A stretch of 63,395 bases of DNA, counting the filler, from Fonticula-like sp. SCN 57-25 (taxonomy: Eukaryota): assembly GCA_001724245.1 (NCBI GenBank). It is 2 parts of 2 records of this genome, joined end to end, with 100 filler letters (N's around TTAATTAATTAA, not from the genome) between each part and the next. Parts side by side here need not be neighbours in the genome. Positions count along the whole stretch, not along the records: positions 1 to 31,715 come from MEDX01000044.1; 1 more part is not named here. One strand, written 5' to 3'. Below are positions 1 through 15,052 of this stretch, in pieces (position 1 is the stretch's first letter; the number at the start of each line of letters is the position of its first letter). Under the pieces are notes generated by a model. It searched no databases and had not been told where the DNA came from. It saw only the letters and a program-made list of their open reading frames with translations. The position numbers were made by a program, and so were the translations under genes.

Positions 1-120
1 CTCGATTTCCATACATCAATTTTTTCCCCTCCCAGTCGTGGAACATTAATTATTGAATGAGATTGATAATATAAAAGTACAATTGATTTATGCATAATAT
101 CGACGGCCCGCCGTCCACTT

Positions 121-1219
121 TTACCGCTTTGCCGACGGCGGCGGCGTCCCGATCGACGACGTGCTGCGCCCCTTTTTGAGCGGCGGCGTGTCCAGCGCAC
201 CCTTCTTCTTCCGCTTTGTAGCAGCCGGGCTCCCCACAGAGAGCGGCGTGAGCGACCGCTGAAGTTCGGCGCCAGCAATCGCCGCTGCAGTTGGCGCCGG
301 CGACGACGTCCGTGACGCTGGTAAATTTGCGTTAGCAAGGACGGTATCGTGAGTGGGCGGCATACTCGGCGCCTGCGGCCTTCCCGCCTCCTTCTTGAGC
401 AGGTCACTCGCCCGCGGCAGCTGTGGCTCTGGCTGCGCTGGCGCCTCTGTCGGCTGCTCTGCAAGCTGTTGCAGCACGGCCTCGACGTTCCCGCGCGCCT
501 GAAGCGTGCGGATGTGATCAGCGGCGGCGACGGCAGGCTCGGCCGCGCCGCCTTTCCATTGGTAACCCCTAACAGGATCAAACACAACGCTGCTGTACAC
601 TTCGGAGAGAGCGGCCTCTAGGTGGAAAAGGCTCATCATCTGCGCGGTGGCGCGATGTCAGTGGCGGCAACATAACGTCATTGGCGTACGAGGCGGGCGT
701 TGAAGACGCGCTGGAGGCTCGGCGCCTGGTACACGGTGCCGTCCAGAATATAATACGTTGCAAGCGGCTCCACTGCAGCAAAGGGTTAATTTGGCGATGA
801 CCATCTTCCGTCGCGTACCCTTGGTCGGGCTCACGCGCTTTTGTTTGTGGATCAGCACAACCGGCGGCGCAACCGTCCCCACCGCAAACTCTATCCCTGT
901 CATCTCCCTAGAGCAACGCATCGTTAGCAACAAAAGCGCGCGCTTCCACGGCGCACTTTAGCTTTGCGTCCATTGCCTCTGGCGACAGCGCGCCCGAGTA
1001 GGCCGACTGCATGTGCAGCTGCTCATTGTTGCAGGTCCAGTCGTAGAACGGCGAGTGCTTAAAGTACGCGAGCGCGCTCTCGGCATTCAGCTCAAAATGC
1101 TAAGTGCCAATGTTAGCCTCTAGCCTACGCGCCACGCAAAAACCGCCGCGCACCTGAAGCCATTCGGTGTACTTGAAGCAGAGCTCCTGGAGGCCGCCGG
1201 CCGCCGCCTTCCCGCTCAT
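121..1219 (-). CDS. MED6: Mediator complex subunit 6 (multi-exon)
   Basis: Spliced translation MSGKAAAGGLQELCFKYTEWLQ...ALAYFKHSPFYDWTCNNEQLHMQ...GIEFAV...VLIHKQKRVSP...YYILDGTVYQAPSL matches the Med6 family; low-complexity C-terminal tail. Confidence 0.9.
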
Positions 1220-1284
1220 CCACGTGGCCAAATATCGTTTGGATTTTTCCCTCTCAATCGCGGCCCAACAAGCACCTCGCCGCG

Positions 1285-2672
1285 ATGACGGACGTCCTAT
1301 CTCTTTTCCGCGACTTTGTCACGAGCGGGCGGCCGGTGAGCCTCGCCGACGACAACCTCCTGTTTGGGAGCATCGCGGTCCCGCGCTCCACGGAAACGTG
1401 CTACCGGTCCAAGCGCGGTGCGACATCGTACTACACGATCGAGACGGTGTGGTTCTGCCATCAGCACAAGGATGACGCGTATGGTGCGTACGTGCAGGCG
1501 GCGCGCGCGCAGCAAATTCCGACTGTGTCGGCCGTTGACCGTGCCGACGTGCTCAACTATGTGACGGGCGAGATCGCGTCGTCGCAAAACATTGATCCCA
1601 ATGGCCCGCGGTTCACGCTGGCGGGCGAGGAGGGCGCCGTGCAGGCGGCGCCGCCGGCGGATGCCGCCGCACCGTCGACCGACGCGGCGTCGGTTTTGGC
1701 GCAGGAGAAGCGCCGCGCCGAGGAGACGGGCGCGGCCGCAAAGAAGGCGCGAGTTTCGGCGCCGATCCCTAGCGCGCCCGCCAAGACCAAGGAGCCAAAG
1801 ATCGTCAGCGCAGGGCAGGCGTTTATCGACGAGGTCGTACGGAGAGAAAAGACCGTAAAGTCTCTTTCGAACTGTCTTTTTACAGAGAGCAAGGTGCGCA
1901 ATTGCCTATTTGGCTCACTTTCACTAATAATTTTTATAGTCGTACCCGTCTGTGCTTCGCGTTGTCAAGGACCTGACGCGCGCCCCTGCGGCCGCTCCGC
2001 CGTCGTCGCACACCTCATCATCTTCTGCTGCTGCCGCCGCTGCGTCAAAGTTGCCGTCGGTTGCGTCGTCGCGGTCGCCGTCGTCAAGCAAGGCCGCCGC
2101 CCTCAAGAATGCGCGCTCGGCCACGACACCCATCATTATTGTGCCGCCAGCGGCCACGGCCGTCGTGAACCTTCACAATATCAAGGAGCTTTTAGAGGAC
2201 GGCCAGTGCGTCGTTTACTATGAATATGTATCTTTTTTGTGCTGACTGCGTCTTTTTTCTTTTTCTTCCTTTCTTTCCTTTCAGTTACTCTCCGCCCACC
2301 GTCAAGGTTGGCAAGAAGGAAACGTCCATCATGGTGACGCACCGCATCGGCACCGCCGACAAGGCCTTCCAGGTCGTCGACGCCCCCGAGTCGCTACGCA
2401 AGGAAGACTGGGCGCGCGTCGTGTGCGTCTTTGTGCACGGCCCCGCGTGGCAGTTCAAGGGCTGGCCCGACAAGTGGAGCGAGCCCGCCTACATCTTTAA
2501 CAAGACGCTCGGCCTCAACATAAAGTTCCGCGACCAGCAGGTGGAGCCAAACATCAAGAACTGGAACGTGACCGTGCTCGACCTCGAGCGCCAAAACAGA
2601 CACCTCGACGCGACCGTCAGCGGGAACATCTGGACGCATATCGAGAAATCGCTGCTCATGCGGCCACTGTAA
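1285..2672 (+). CDS. CDC73: Parafibromin / PAF1 complex subunit Cdc73 (3 exons)
   Basis: N-terminus MTDVLSLFRDF...YVQAARAQQIPTVSAVDRADVLNYVTG; C-domain PIIIVP...NLHNIKELLEDG...DWARVVCVFVHGPAWQFKGWP. Confidence 0.92.
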
Positions 2673-2804
2673 ACTATTTTGATCCGACCTGCAATAACAG
2701 AAACTACAACAACGACTATATATTCATTTATCGCCTCAATGGGCATCGCACACGTACACGCTTACTACATGGGAAAAAAAGGGCGGGAAAAAGGGAATGT
2801 CACT

Positions 2805-5186
2805 CTAAAAGTCGAATTCGGCGCGGAAGCTCTCGAGGTCGCGCGCGTGCGCGGCGGGCATGAGGTCGCGGCGGTTCATCATGACGAGCGTGCGGCCGAG
2901 CGTGTCCCAGAGGTTGTTGGACACGTTGCGCTGAGCATTGCCGCCGTGAAGCGCAAGGGATCCCAAAAAGTGCTGCAAAAGAGCGTGAGCTGGGAGAAAT
3001 GGGCAGAAAAGGAGAGAGCAAAAGAATAGAATAAATCAAAGAAACAAAGATATCAACAGTATATATCAAATTATACAGAGGAAAAGTACAGCTTTTACAA
3101 CACAGAACAGAGCAAGACACAAACCATATCAAAGCAAAGCACATAGCAAAATATCATGTAAAAATTCGCACCTCTGCAGCCTCCTTGTAGCACCCGATGT
3201 TGATGCACCCCACACCGAGATTGTACCTCGCGCGCACAAACGACGGCTTGAGGTCGAGCGCCGCGTGGTACGCCGCGATGGCCTCCTCTGACCGCCGCCC
3301 GTTGGCGAGCGTCGCGCCGTACCGGTTGTGCAGCCGGTAGTCGTCGGGCCGCATCGTCAGCGCCGTGCGGAAGCAGTCGGCCGCCTTGTCGTACTCGGTC
3401 GAGAGGTTGAACAGCGCGCCGAGGCCGACTTGGACGTCGGCGTCGACTTCGGGGGAGGAGCGGACGACGTGAAGGAACTGGTCAACGACCTGCTGAACGC
3501 GAAGGAAACGTGTCCTGGAAAGATGTTAGCAGAGGTAAGGCAGGAAAGTGGTGCAAAAATGGGGAGGAAATGGTGCAAAAAGCACATTTACATTCACATT
3601 TACACTAAAAAAACAACGCAAAAAAGCACAATTACCCTAAAAATAAACCAAAATATGCGCACTTTTCGACCGGCGGTACGTCCGGGTACTTAATTGAAAT
3701 CCAATTGGAGAGCACCTCAAGCGCCTGCACCTCTGCACTCTCATTCGTATAACTAATTGCAAGCGCAAGCGACGCCTCCAAGTGCGACGGGTCCAACCGC
3801 ACAGCCTCCTGCAGCGCCGAAATCGCCGCCGACTCTTTTTCATTCTCCGCCTGAACGGCGCCAAGCTGGTACCACGCCTCGGCCGTCGGGTCGCGGCGCA
3901 CTGCGGCCTCGAGCGCTGATTGGACGGCGCGTTAAAAACTCGTTAATCATTGGTGGAAAAGGCCGTACCGAGAGCGGCGTCGCTGAGGTTGCCGTTGTTG
4001 CTCAACCGAAGGCCTTCTTCGAGCGGGCTCGGGTGGTCCATAAAGACGTTTGTCGGCTCAAACTGGTACGTTTCGACGGGGACGCGCTTGGGGGAAAAGG
4101 TCGTCTCGTCGGGCCATTCTTGGTTGCCAAAGTACTCTTCGAGGTCGTCGTCGAGCATGCCGGCGCCGCCGTTTGCGGCTTCGTCGAGAGCGGCGTTGAT
4201 CACTTGGTCAACGTCGTCATTCGCCCACGCTAAAAGTGGGTCAGTAAAGGAAAAAGGAAAGGGAAAAGTGGGATAAAAGTGGTGAAAATCGGCCAAAAAC
4301 CATCAAAAATCATCAAAACATGTCGCAATGCACTGAAGTCACCAAAGTGCACAAATAAACAAGCCAAAATACACATAAAACACACCAATTCATGCCAATA
4401 ACGCAATAATATTCAAATTATTATAGTCAACGCACCCGCTTCCATATTTTTCGTCTCCTCCTTCTGGGCAAACTCTGATGCCCACTGGTTGGGCAGCTCG
4501 GTGATCTTTGGCGCGGCCTTTCCGTGGTAGTACTGCTCGAGATCTGAAAACTCTGCGGGCGTCAAAACGGGCTGAAAGTTGCGCGCGTCGGCTTGGAACT
4601 CGTTGGCCCAGTTGCCGGGCTTTTGGCCCATCGGCTGGCGGTAAATCTGCTCAAAGTGGTGAAAGTCGGCGTTGTCGACGGCGCCAGACATCCGCATCCC
4701 TTCAAACTCATTCACCCAGTCGTCCTGCCCTGTATGCGCCAAAAGGATCAGCGAACGTGAAAATGGAAAAAGAGGCGCACGTGGGCGGCCGACGTCGGCA
4801 AGGCGCATGCCGGAGAGCGGGCCGGGGCCGGGGGCCTGCTGCCAAGGGCCGGCGGCCATCTTTGACGAAGACGCGCCGCCATCCTGCTGGAAAAAGTCGC
4901 GTGTGAAATTGTTCTCATGAGCGGCAAAACGCTATTAAACAATAGAGAAAAGGTCAGAATGATATGTGCGAAAGAGCAGCAAAGACGCACTTCATGACGA
5001 ATATCGTCAAGCTGATCCGGCCGCAGTCCCTCCTGTAAAGACAATAACAATAGGCGTCAGTGTGTATTCCATTATAAAAGCGACACATACGCGTTGGAGC
5101 GACTTGTCGCCGTTCATGTGGCTCGCCAGGTTCCGCAGGGGGTTAACCCCCGCGCAGTTTCCGCCCACCATATCCTGGAACGCCAT
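2805..5186 (-). CDS. PEX5: Peroxisomal targeting signal 1 receptor (multi-exon)
   Basis: N-terminal conserved Cys ([17 protein letters not shown]), WxxxF motifs (WVNEF, WANEF, WASEF), TPR repeats ([35 protein letters not shown]...[11 protein letters not shown]). Confidence 0.95.
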
Positions 5187-5298
5187 CCTGCCAGCGGTCA
5201 CCGAGTCGCCTGTGTGTTTGCGCGTGAATTGTCACGTGACTTGGCTTTTGTTGCATTTGTGCACGTGACTTGCTAGTTTGCAGTTTGCACTCACCGCG

Positions 5299-6555
5299 AT
5301 GCTGTCCGTCAGCGTGCCGCGAGGGTCGCTCCTTGCGCGGGCGGCGATCTCGCGAGCGGCGGGGCGCTTCTTTTTATCGACGGGCGGCGAGCCCGAGCGA
5401 GTAGAAGGCGCCGCCGAGCCGCATGCTGCGCCCACCGTAGACTTTGACCCGGCGCAGCAGTACAGCACGGCATCCCTAAAGTCGATGCTCAAGACGCTGC
5501 ACCTAAAGTCGAGCGGCTCAAAGTCGGAGCTGATCGGCCGCCTGCAAGCGTGGCGTCTTTCCAAGCACGCGTTTGCCCGCACCGACGCGGCTACCGGTAC
5601 GTCTGGTGACCTTTTATATATGTTGCTGACAAAGCATCCCAGCGGTGGCATCCCCGACCGAGGCTGGCCTCGGCGGGATCCTCCTGCAGGAAGCCCTTCC
5701 GGAATCCGCCCCCGCACCGCCCGTCGTTCCGTCCTCTGTTCGGTCAGAGAGCGGCAACGCTGCGCCGTCTGAGCGCCTCCCGCGGTGGTCGTCGCGCCAT
5801 CAGCGTCGCACCCCGGTGGATCCCGCATCCCCTCCGACCCCACCAAAAACTGTAATGCCCGAAGCTGGCCTCGATGATCTGTTCCACGACGCGATCCCCG
5901 GCGACTTTAGCCGGTCCGGGACGCGCTCTCCCGGACACCAGTCTCTGCGCGACCGCGTATATGAGCTCGTCACCGAGATCCGCAACGCGCAGGATGCGCT
6001 CACGCTGAGCGGCCAGTTTGCCGAACTTCTTCAGCTGAGCATGCAGCTGAACGAGCTGCGCGGCCGCATCGACTTTCCCAAGAGCCACTTTATGTACTTT
6101 GCACTCCAGCGCGCGTGCGCACTCAACCAAATCGAGATGGCGTTTGCGATGCTGCTTCAGATCAAGCTGCTCAGCCCGCAAGCCTACGTGCGCATCGTCG
6201 ACCTCTTTGCGTTCGAGGCGCTGCTCGAGGGCTGCTGGAAGCAGGGCGCCGTCGACTACTTTGTCGGCCTCCTGGAGCGAATGGTACGCACGTGGCTGTG
6301 TTTGCGTTTAATTCTTATCGTTTGTTACAGCGGATAGAAGGCGTCCCGATGCAGAAGCGGACGTTTGAGCTTGCCTTTGAGGGGCTCATCGAGTACAACC
6401 AGGTGGCCGCGCTGCAGCTGCACTGGACGCTGTACCGCGCGCAGGTGCGCGAGTACGCGCAGCTTGCTGTGCACCCGCGGCTAGAGAGGCGCGTGCAGCA
6501 AAAGCTGCAGGGTATTCTTCCGCCAATCAGGCCGCCGCCCCAGAGGAGGCGATAA
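5299..6555 (+). CDS. SAP-domain protein with putative mitochondrial presequence and helical (PPR-like) C-terminus
   Basis: Arg/Ser/Ala-rich acid-free N-terminus; SAP motif STASLKSMLKTLHLKSSGSKSELIGRL; later helical repeats (FAFEALLEGCWKQGAVDYFVGLLERM). Confidence 0.6.
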
Positions 6556-6733
6556 ATTTTGTCATATCCATTATGTACAGTTTTACATTTTATTCAATAA
6601 TAATGAGCTAAATGCGTAGAATGTTAAGCAAAGTGGTGGTTTTTAGTCACATTTGTGTGATATAAACGCAGCAAAAACAGCTATATTCTTACCATTGTAC
6701 ATTTACAGTTTGTTCCTCAATATACACATATGT

Positions 6734-8334
6734 CTACGCGCTCCCCACTTGACGCTGCATGTCGCGGATATTCAACAGAATCGGCGCGTTCTTTGCGTGA
6801 AGCTGTGACAAGATAAAGTGCGCCTCTGCGAGACACGCCTCTGCCTCCTTCTTCATCCCCGCATTCCACGCCATCTTTGCCGCGGTAAACATCTGCAGGC
6901 CAAGCAACGGGTGCCCAGGCTGGTATGCCACGGCGTACACGAGCAGGATGTGCGCGGCCGCGAAAAAGAGCCGCCGCCAGTCGAGCTCGCCCGCTGCGAT
7001 CATTGCGTCGCACAACTGATTGCAGAGCGAGATGTGCTGCCTGTTGAGCGGGTGCAGCGTCTCAATCTGGAGGCGCATCGCGGCGCGCAGGGGCGCCACG
7101 CGCGCGCCCTCGTCGTCCATCGACAGCGCGCGGTCGTGCTCGGCGTGCGCAGTCAGCAAATCGGCGCTGCACTTGTCGCACAGCTGCTCGGCGGTCCACG
7201 CGGCAAAGTGCGCGGGGGGTGCGGGCGGGTCGCGCAGCGTGCTGTGAACTAGGTCGCACAGCTCGGCGGGGGGGAGCAGCTCGAGGCCGACGCGGCCGGG
7301 CGCGCGCGACTGGGCAAGCAGCTTGTTCCACAGCATTACAGCGGGGATCGCGCGGGCGCTCTCACTAAAGCGTGTCAGTTCGTGTAAAAAATGCAGCGAA
7401 ATGGCGCGTACCCGTCGCAGGCCTTGAGGAGCGGCGCCTGAAGGATGCCGTCGATCCAGTCGTCGGTCGTGCAGCGCGCGCAGCGGCAGTCGAAAAAGTA
7501 CTTTTGCTGCGTCGCTTCGCGGCGCGACTCGTCCGTCGCGATGGCGTCGAGGTACGTGACGGTGAGCTCGGTGTCGGCGGGGACGTCGGCGGTGAGGCGC
7601 ATCTGCTGCACGCAAGGCTGGCCGGGCGAGTCGACGTAGACGGCGACGCAGTTGGGGCGGCACTCGTGGTTCAAAAGGGCGCCGTGGGGGAAAACGCCAA
7701 GGCCGTACGAAAATACTTCGTCGTCGTACATTTCAAAATTGTTGCAGCCGAACCGGCCGAGATCGCGGGCAAGATCGGCGACGGAGGCTACCAAAGCGGG
7801 ATCGGCGCCCAGCTTGGCGGTGGCGGAAAGAAGCTTTTCGCGGACGGCCTCGGCTGTGCGAGTGTACTCGTGGCGCATGCCAGCGGGGAGCTGGTCAAAG
7901 TGGTGCTCGAGGGTGCCAAAGACGGCAGCAGCCTCGAGCGTGCCCGCCGGCAGATCCGACTCGGCCAAGAGCGGGATCAGGCTGACGCGAAAGAGCAGCT
8001 CGACGTCCACGTCCGAGCTGAGCACGTCGTCGTTGCAGACAAAGCGGTGCCCGCTGCGCCAGTCCGCCGCCTGGCACTCTTTCCCGCAGTAGATCGCCTG
8101 CCTGCACCCCGTGCACCGCTTGGCATCGGCCAAATTCCGAAATGGCGCGAAGCAGTACGAGCACTTGTTGAGCCGATCGGCCGGCGAGATCACTGTGCCG
8201 ATCGGCAGCGATTCTAGCACAAGCGTCCCGCGCTTCATGGGACGCGTCGTGAACACGCCTCGCGTCCCGCCCTTGGTGCCGCTCGGCCTCAGGGCCAGCC
8301 CGCGGTCGCCAAGCCGCGCCTCCGCCGCTTCCAT
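6734..8334 (-). CDS. SMYD-family SET and MYND domain lysine methyltransferase (2 exons)
   Basis: Split SET (RGVFTTRPMKRG...LLNHECRPNC...ELTVTYLD), MYND finger (CSYC...CTGCRQAIYCGKECQAADWRSGHRFVC), post-SET FDCRCARC, TPR-like tail. Confidence 0.92.
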
Positions 8335-8464
8335 CTCGATCGTAATCTTTACCGTAATGCTGACGGTGCATTACATATTCGGTGACCCGCGGCAACCACG
8401 CCGCGCGGGACTTGTTGCCAAGCTGGATTCCAAAAAGAATGGCGCCGAGGCGGCGCTGCCTTCA

Positions 8465-10627
<2,163 letters not shown>

Positions 10628-11210
10628 GCATAGATATTTCGATGGTTGCTCAATGACGCGCGTTAACCGGATCTGAACCGGGACACTTTTTCCACTTTTC
10701 GACTGGCATTTTTGTTTATGGCTATTCGTCTCAATAACATTTAAATAGATTTCTTATGATGGAACAAAAGGTCTTTTGCGGCCACTTGACTGTTAGAGTC
10801 CGCCCGAAGCGGCGGCCGCCGTTTCACCGCCTAGATTGGTCCCACATGGCACCCGAAGATCCCCAAATCTCTGTCCAATCAGAATCGATTCAGATACCGA
10901 CCCCGGCTGTGACAGGGCTGTGGCAGCTCTTTTTGAGCGATTTTCATTCCGAATTGCGACAGAGGGTGGCGCGCGCGAACGGGCGGGAACCACAGGTCGC
11001 GCGACGATCTGCACGCATCGACCTCGGAGACGAGCGGCACGCGGGACTGAACGGCGAGAGGAGGCTTGAGCGTCTCTGTGGGAGACTCGTGGCGTCAGGC
11101 GGTGCTTTGTGGAGCGGCGATTGTGTGAATATTGGCTGCGACAGGCCTGCGTTTGACCCGCGCGCGAATCCGCGACGACCTCGATAGGACCAGCGAGCAC
11201 GAGTGCTGGC

Positions 11211-13314
11211 ATGACGGCCGCCACCAATGGAAACGAGGAGCAGGTGGCTCGTGCGTCCTCTTTTTCTTTTTTCGGCGTGATTCGGTGAAAACTCACGTTG
11301 GTCATAGAACTCATGCTCGAGCGCGACGACTTTGTCGCCGACCTCGCGGACGAGAATCCGGAGAACCGCGAGCGATCATTGCGGCGCATCTCTGAATTGT
11401 TTATTTCGTGGGCGCGTGAAGACAATGTACGTTGAAAGCATTTTGGGGATTTATTGTCGCTCATTCTCACATCTCTTCCAGCATGCCGAGCTGCGCAAGT
11501 TCCTGCCGTCGGCGCTTCGCCTTCAGTACGACTGCCCATACTTGGACGTGCGCCTGCGCATGTCGGCCCTTGTCGACGAGCTGCGCTCGATGGGCGTGAA
11601 TGTCCCGGTGGCCGCATCGATATCGCCATCGCGCTTCATCCCCGAATCAAGCGTTGTCCCCTTTAACTCTGAAGAGAATGCCGAGGCGCAGGAGCTGCTC
11701 GAGGCCGCCTTTCTGAAGCGCGCCCGGACATCGCGCATGTTCCGTATCATGTGCTTTTACCCGCGGTACGCGCGGCGATTCCGCGAGTCGCTGGACTGCA
11801 TGCTGTACGGCCCCGGCCCGCTCCCGCTCGAGTGGCGCAGCTACATCGCCATCATGGTACGCGCGCGCCGATGCGATATGCGCAGCAATCTAACTTTTTT
11901 TTTGCAGGCGGCGAGCCGGTACCACTGCCACTATCTTATAACCATTCTCGAGCCGTACTTTCTGGCTGATGGCGGGACGCCCGAGTGGCTCCGCGGCGTC
12001 GACCACGCGCCCGCCAAGCTTCAGCGCCTCGGCGAGATCAACGCCATTCTCGCCCACCAGCCGTGGCTCCTGACGCCGCAGACGATCCGCTCAATCCTCG
12101 TCGGCGAGGACAGCTGGGGCATCGCCGAGCTCACGCAGGCCATCGTCATCATGGTGACGTACCACGCGCTCGCTGGCTTTGTGCTCGGCTGCGGCATCGC
12201 CGTCGAGGTCGACCGCCTCGGCGGAACGCGCGACGAGGACGACGACAGGACGCCAGGCACGCTCACGCCCGCCCCGCGCCACGAGACAGACAGTACGAAG
12301 GAAAAAGAAATTGGGCGTTTAGTGCTGACACAATTTTTGTAGCCGAGTCGGCGGCCATTACGGCGCAGCTGCTCACGAGGCTGCGCATGATGACGGTGGA
12401 GGACGAGGAGGAGGAGGAAGTCGAGGAGGACGCGCGCGCCGAGGGGCGGGAGAAGCAGGGCGACGAGGGCGAGACGCCTCAGACGCTCGCCATCAGCACG
12501 ACACCGCGCCTGTCGGGCGACGACACGGATGGTGCGCTCTTTTTTGGTGGTTTTTGGAAGTTTTATGGCGTATATTAACCCTTTTTCCTGTTTTTTCCTG
12601 CTTTTTTCCTGCTTCTTTTCTGCTTCAATTTTAGGTATTGCGAGCCCGCCCGTGAATGGAATGTTTCTGCCCGCTCGCCACGACTATAGCCGCTACTTTG
12701 GCCAGCACGCGATGCAGCACGCCGACTTTGTGCCGCGGTCCGACACGTACAAGACGTTCCGCCTCGAGGACTCGTCGTGGGAAAGCCACGGCTTTTCGCT
12801 TCTCGAGCGGTACTACCCAGAAATGGCGCCGATGCTGGACGACATTTTTACCGACACGACAAGCCTCACTGACCACACGTGCGCGCCTTTTCGCCTCTTG
12901 CAATGAAACTTTAATTGACATTTTTCCCTTTTTTCCATCTTTTTAGGCTGTTTGAGCACGGTGATGTTGACACGCTTCCGTTCCGCCAGGCCATCTGGTA
13001 CTACACGCTGCAGATCAAGGGCATGAAGCACGACGATTTCAACTATCAAAAAGTCAATGAGTGTCTCAATGTCAACTTTAAGCGCTACATTAAGAACGTG
13101 GCGTGCTACCCGCAGAGCATCAAGGCGCACGACTTTCAGAGCATGGTGCGATGCTTTTGTGTACTATATTTATGAATGCTGACGCGTGCCGCTTTAGCGC
13201 CTCACGCTGTACGATAGGGAAAAGGTGCACATCAACTTTTTGATTTTGGAGGCGCGGCGGCAGAGCGGGTTGCTCTACGCGCTGTGTGCCATCATGAGAC
13301 ACCACGGCGACTGA
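11211..13314 (+). CDS. SESN: Sestrin
   Basis: GPLPLEWRSYIAIMAASRYHCHYL, KLQRLGEINAILAHQPWLL, SWESHGFSLLERYY, VDTLPFRQAIWYY...HDDFNYQKVN...YIKNVACYP; start inferred from splice phase. Confidence 0.92.
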
Positions 13315-13790
13315 CCGCAAAAAATGTGCCGCTTTTCCCGCACGCCAATGATGTTTTGTTTCAGTCGTCTTTTCGATCACCTTTATAGACAAGTTGTATT
13401 CTTTCGGGAGTGGCGCCGGCGCCCCGCGCCTCTTCCCTTTTCTCTCCGCGTGCGATGCGACGGTCTATGGACCGTTGCTGCGCTGCAGAGCCCGCTTGTA
13501 ACTACTCTTTTGTGAAATTATGCGATGGCCAAGCCGCCCGCCGTGGGGTTTTCCCGGCATCGCCCTTCGAGTCTTTTCTGCCCGCCGCTCGCTGCATCGT
13601 CACGACGATGCGTAAACATAGAAATGTGTATGCTGTTAATCATAATACAATACAGTGGCGAAGAAAAAGAAACAATGCTATGGTCGAAACATGAAAGGCC
13701 CAAAGTGGCTATGAAAGCATGAAAAACAGGCCAATGTAACATGAAAACAAAGCAATTATGCTGCGAAAACATGAAAATACTGCTCAATTA

Positions 13791-14935
13791 TCATGTCCGT
13801 GCGCCGTTTGGCTGACCCGTTGACGGCCTGAATGGGACGTATTGCCCGAGCACCTTGACATTGGACGCAAACTCGTTCAGGTTTGCCATTGCATTCTAGG
13901 TATTCCGTTAGCAATGACCAAGCAAAAAAGCGGCCATACCTCCATCGCAATGGCGTTGTGCGAGCAGTCAATGTCGATATAGACCGCATAGGCCGACGCG
14001 CGGCTTTCCGCCCACGCAGATTGCGACTTTGGCCGGCTCTCAATCTTGCACACATTAATGTCACTGCTCGCCATGTCAGCACAAAAGCGACCATTTGAAT
14101 AGTCGCACCGCAGGGCAAAGCAGCTGATGGCCTTGAAAAGCGCGCCGGGCATGTTGGCCAGCGTCACGCACATGGACATGCGCGTCTGGTGGCGGAGGGA
14201 CGGCGGGACCTGGACGGCGTCGGCAGAGACGAGAAAGTACCGCGTCGAGCACCGCGGATCGTCCTCGAGGCCCGACTCTATGATGCTGCAAAGAGGAAAA
14301 GAGGCGGTTTAGAGGCAAAGTGTGCGAGAGAAAATCGTACGAAAGGCCGTAGAGATCCGCGGCCTGCCGGCTGGCGATGGCGCCAAACGCCTTCATGCCA
14401 TTCTCTGCGGCGATCCCGTCAGCATTGATACAAAGAAGGGGTGACGCCGCACCTTTGACGTAGGAAGCAGCGCCCGCGGTGTCTGTCGTGGGTACGACGT
14501 CCACGTCGACGAGCCCGTTGATGAACTTTGAGCACTGCTCGATCGTGTGCGGGTGCGTCCTGATCTGCCGCAGATCGGCCCGATCCGTCCCCGGGAGCAC
14601 CATCAGGCACAGCTCCTCGCGGTAGACGTACTCGGCAACAATACATAGGTTGAGCTACATAAATGCATGAGCAAGGGCGGGTGGGGACGCGGCGGGCGCA
14701 CCTCGACAAGCAGCTCGTACACGTTGTGAAAGCTCCCAGAGAGCGAGTTGTCGATCGGGACGATCGCGTACGACAGCTCGCGCTGCTGCACCATCGTCAG
14801 CAGACTCTTGAAAGAGCTGACCGGCACTGTCTCTATCTCTTTGCCTGCCAGGACGTCGGCCGTCGGCGCCATCGCGAGCAGCGCGCTCTGCGAGTAGGCG
14901 CCCGGCATGCCCTGGTACCCTACCCGGACCGCCAT
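13791..14935 (-). CDS. Prephenate/arogenate dehydratase (PDT + ACT domain)
   Basis: VGYQGMPGAYSQ, IVPIDNSLSGS, DTAGAA, AIASRQAADLYGL, ACT domain PGALFKAISCFALR-INVCKIESRP. Confidence 0.92.
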
Positions 14936-15052
14936 CGTCACCTCTGGTCACGTGGTCAAATGCTGACTGTGTGGATTTGGTGCAAGCCAAAAAAGTGGAC
15001 AGGATGCCGGACATCTATGTGGACAATGTGCAGTTGGCGTGCATTCATTGAG

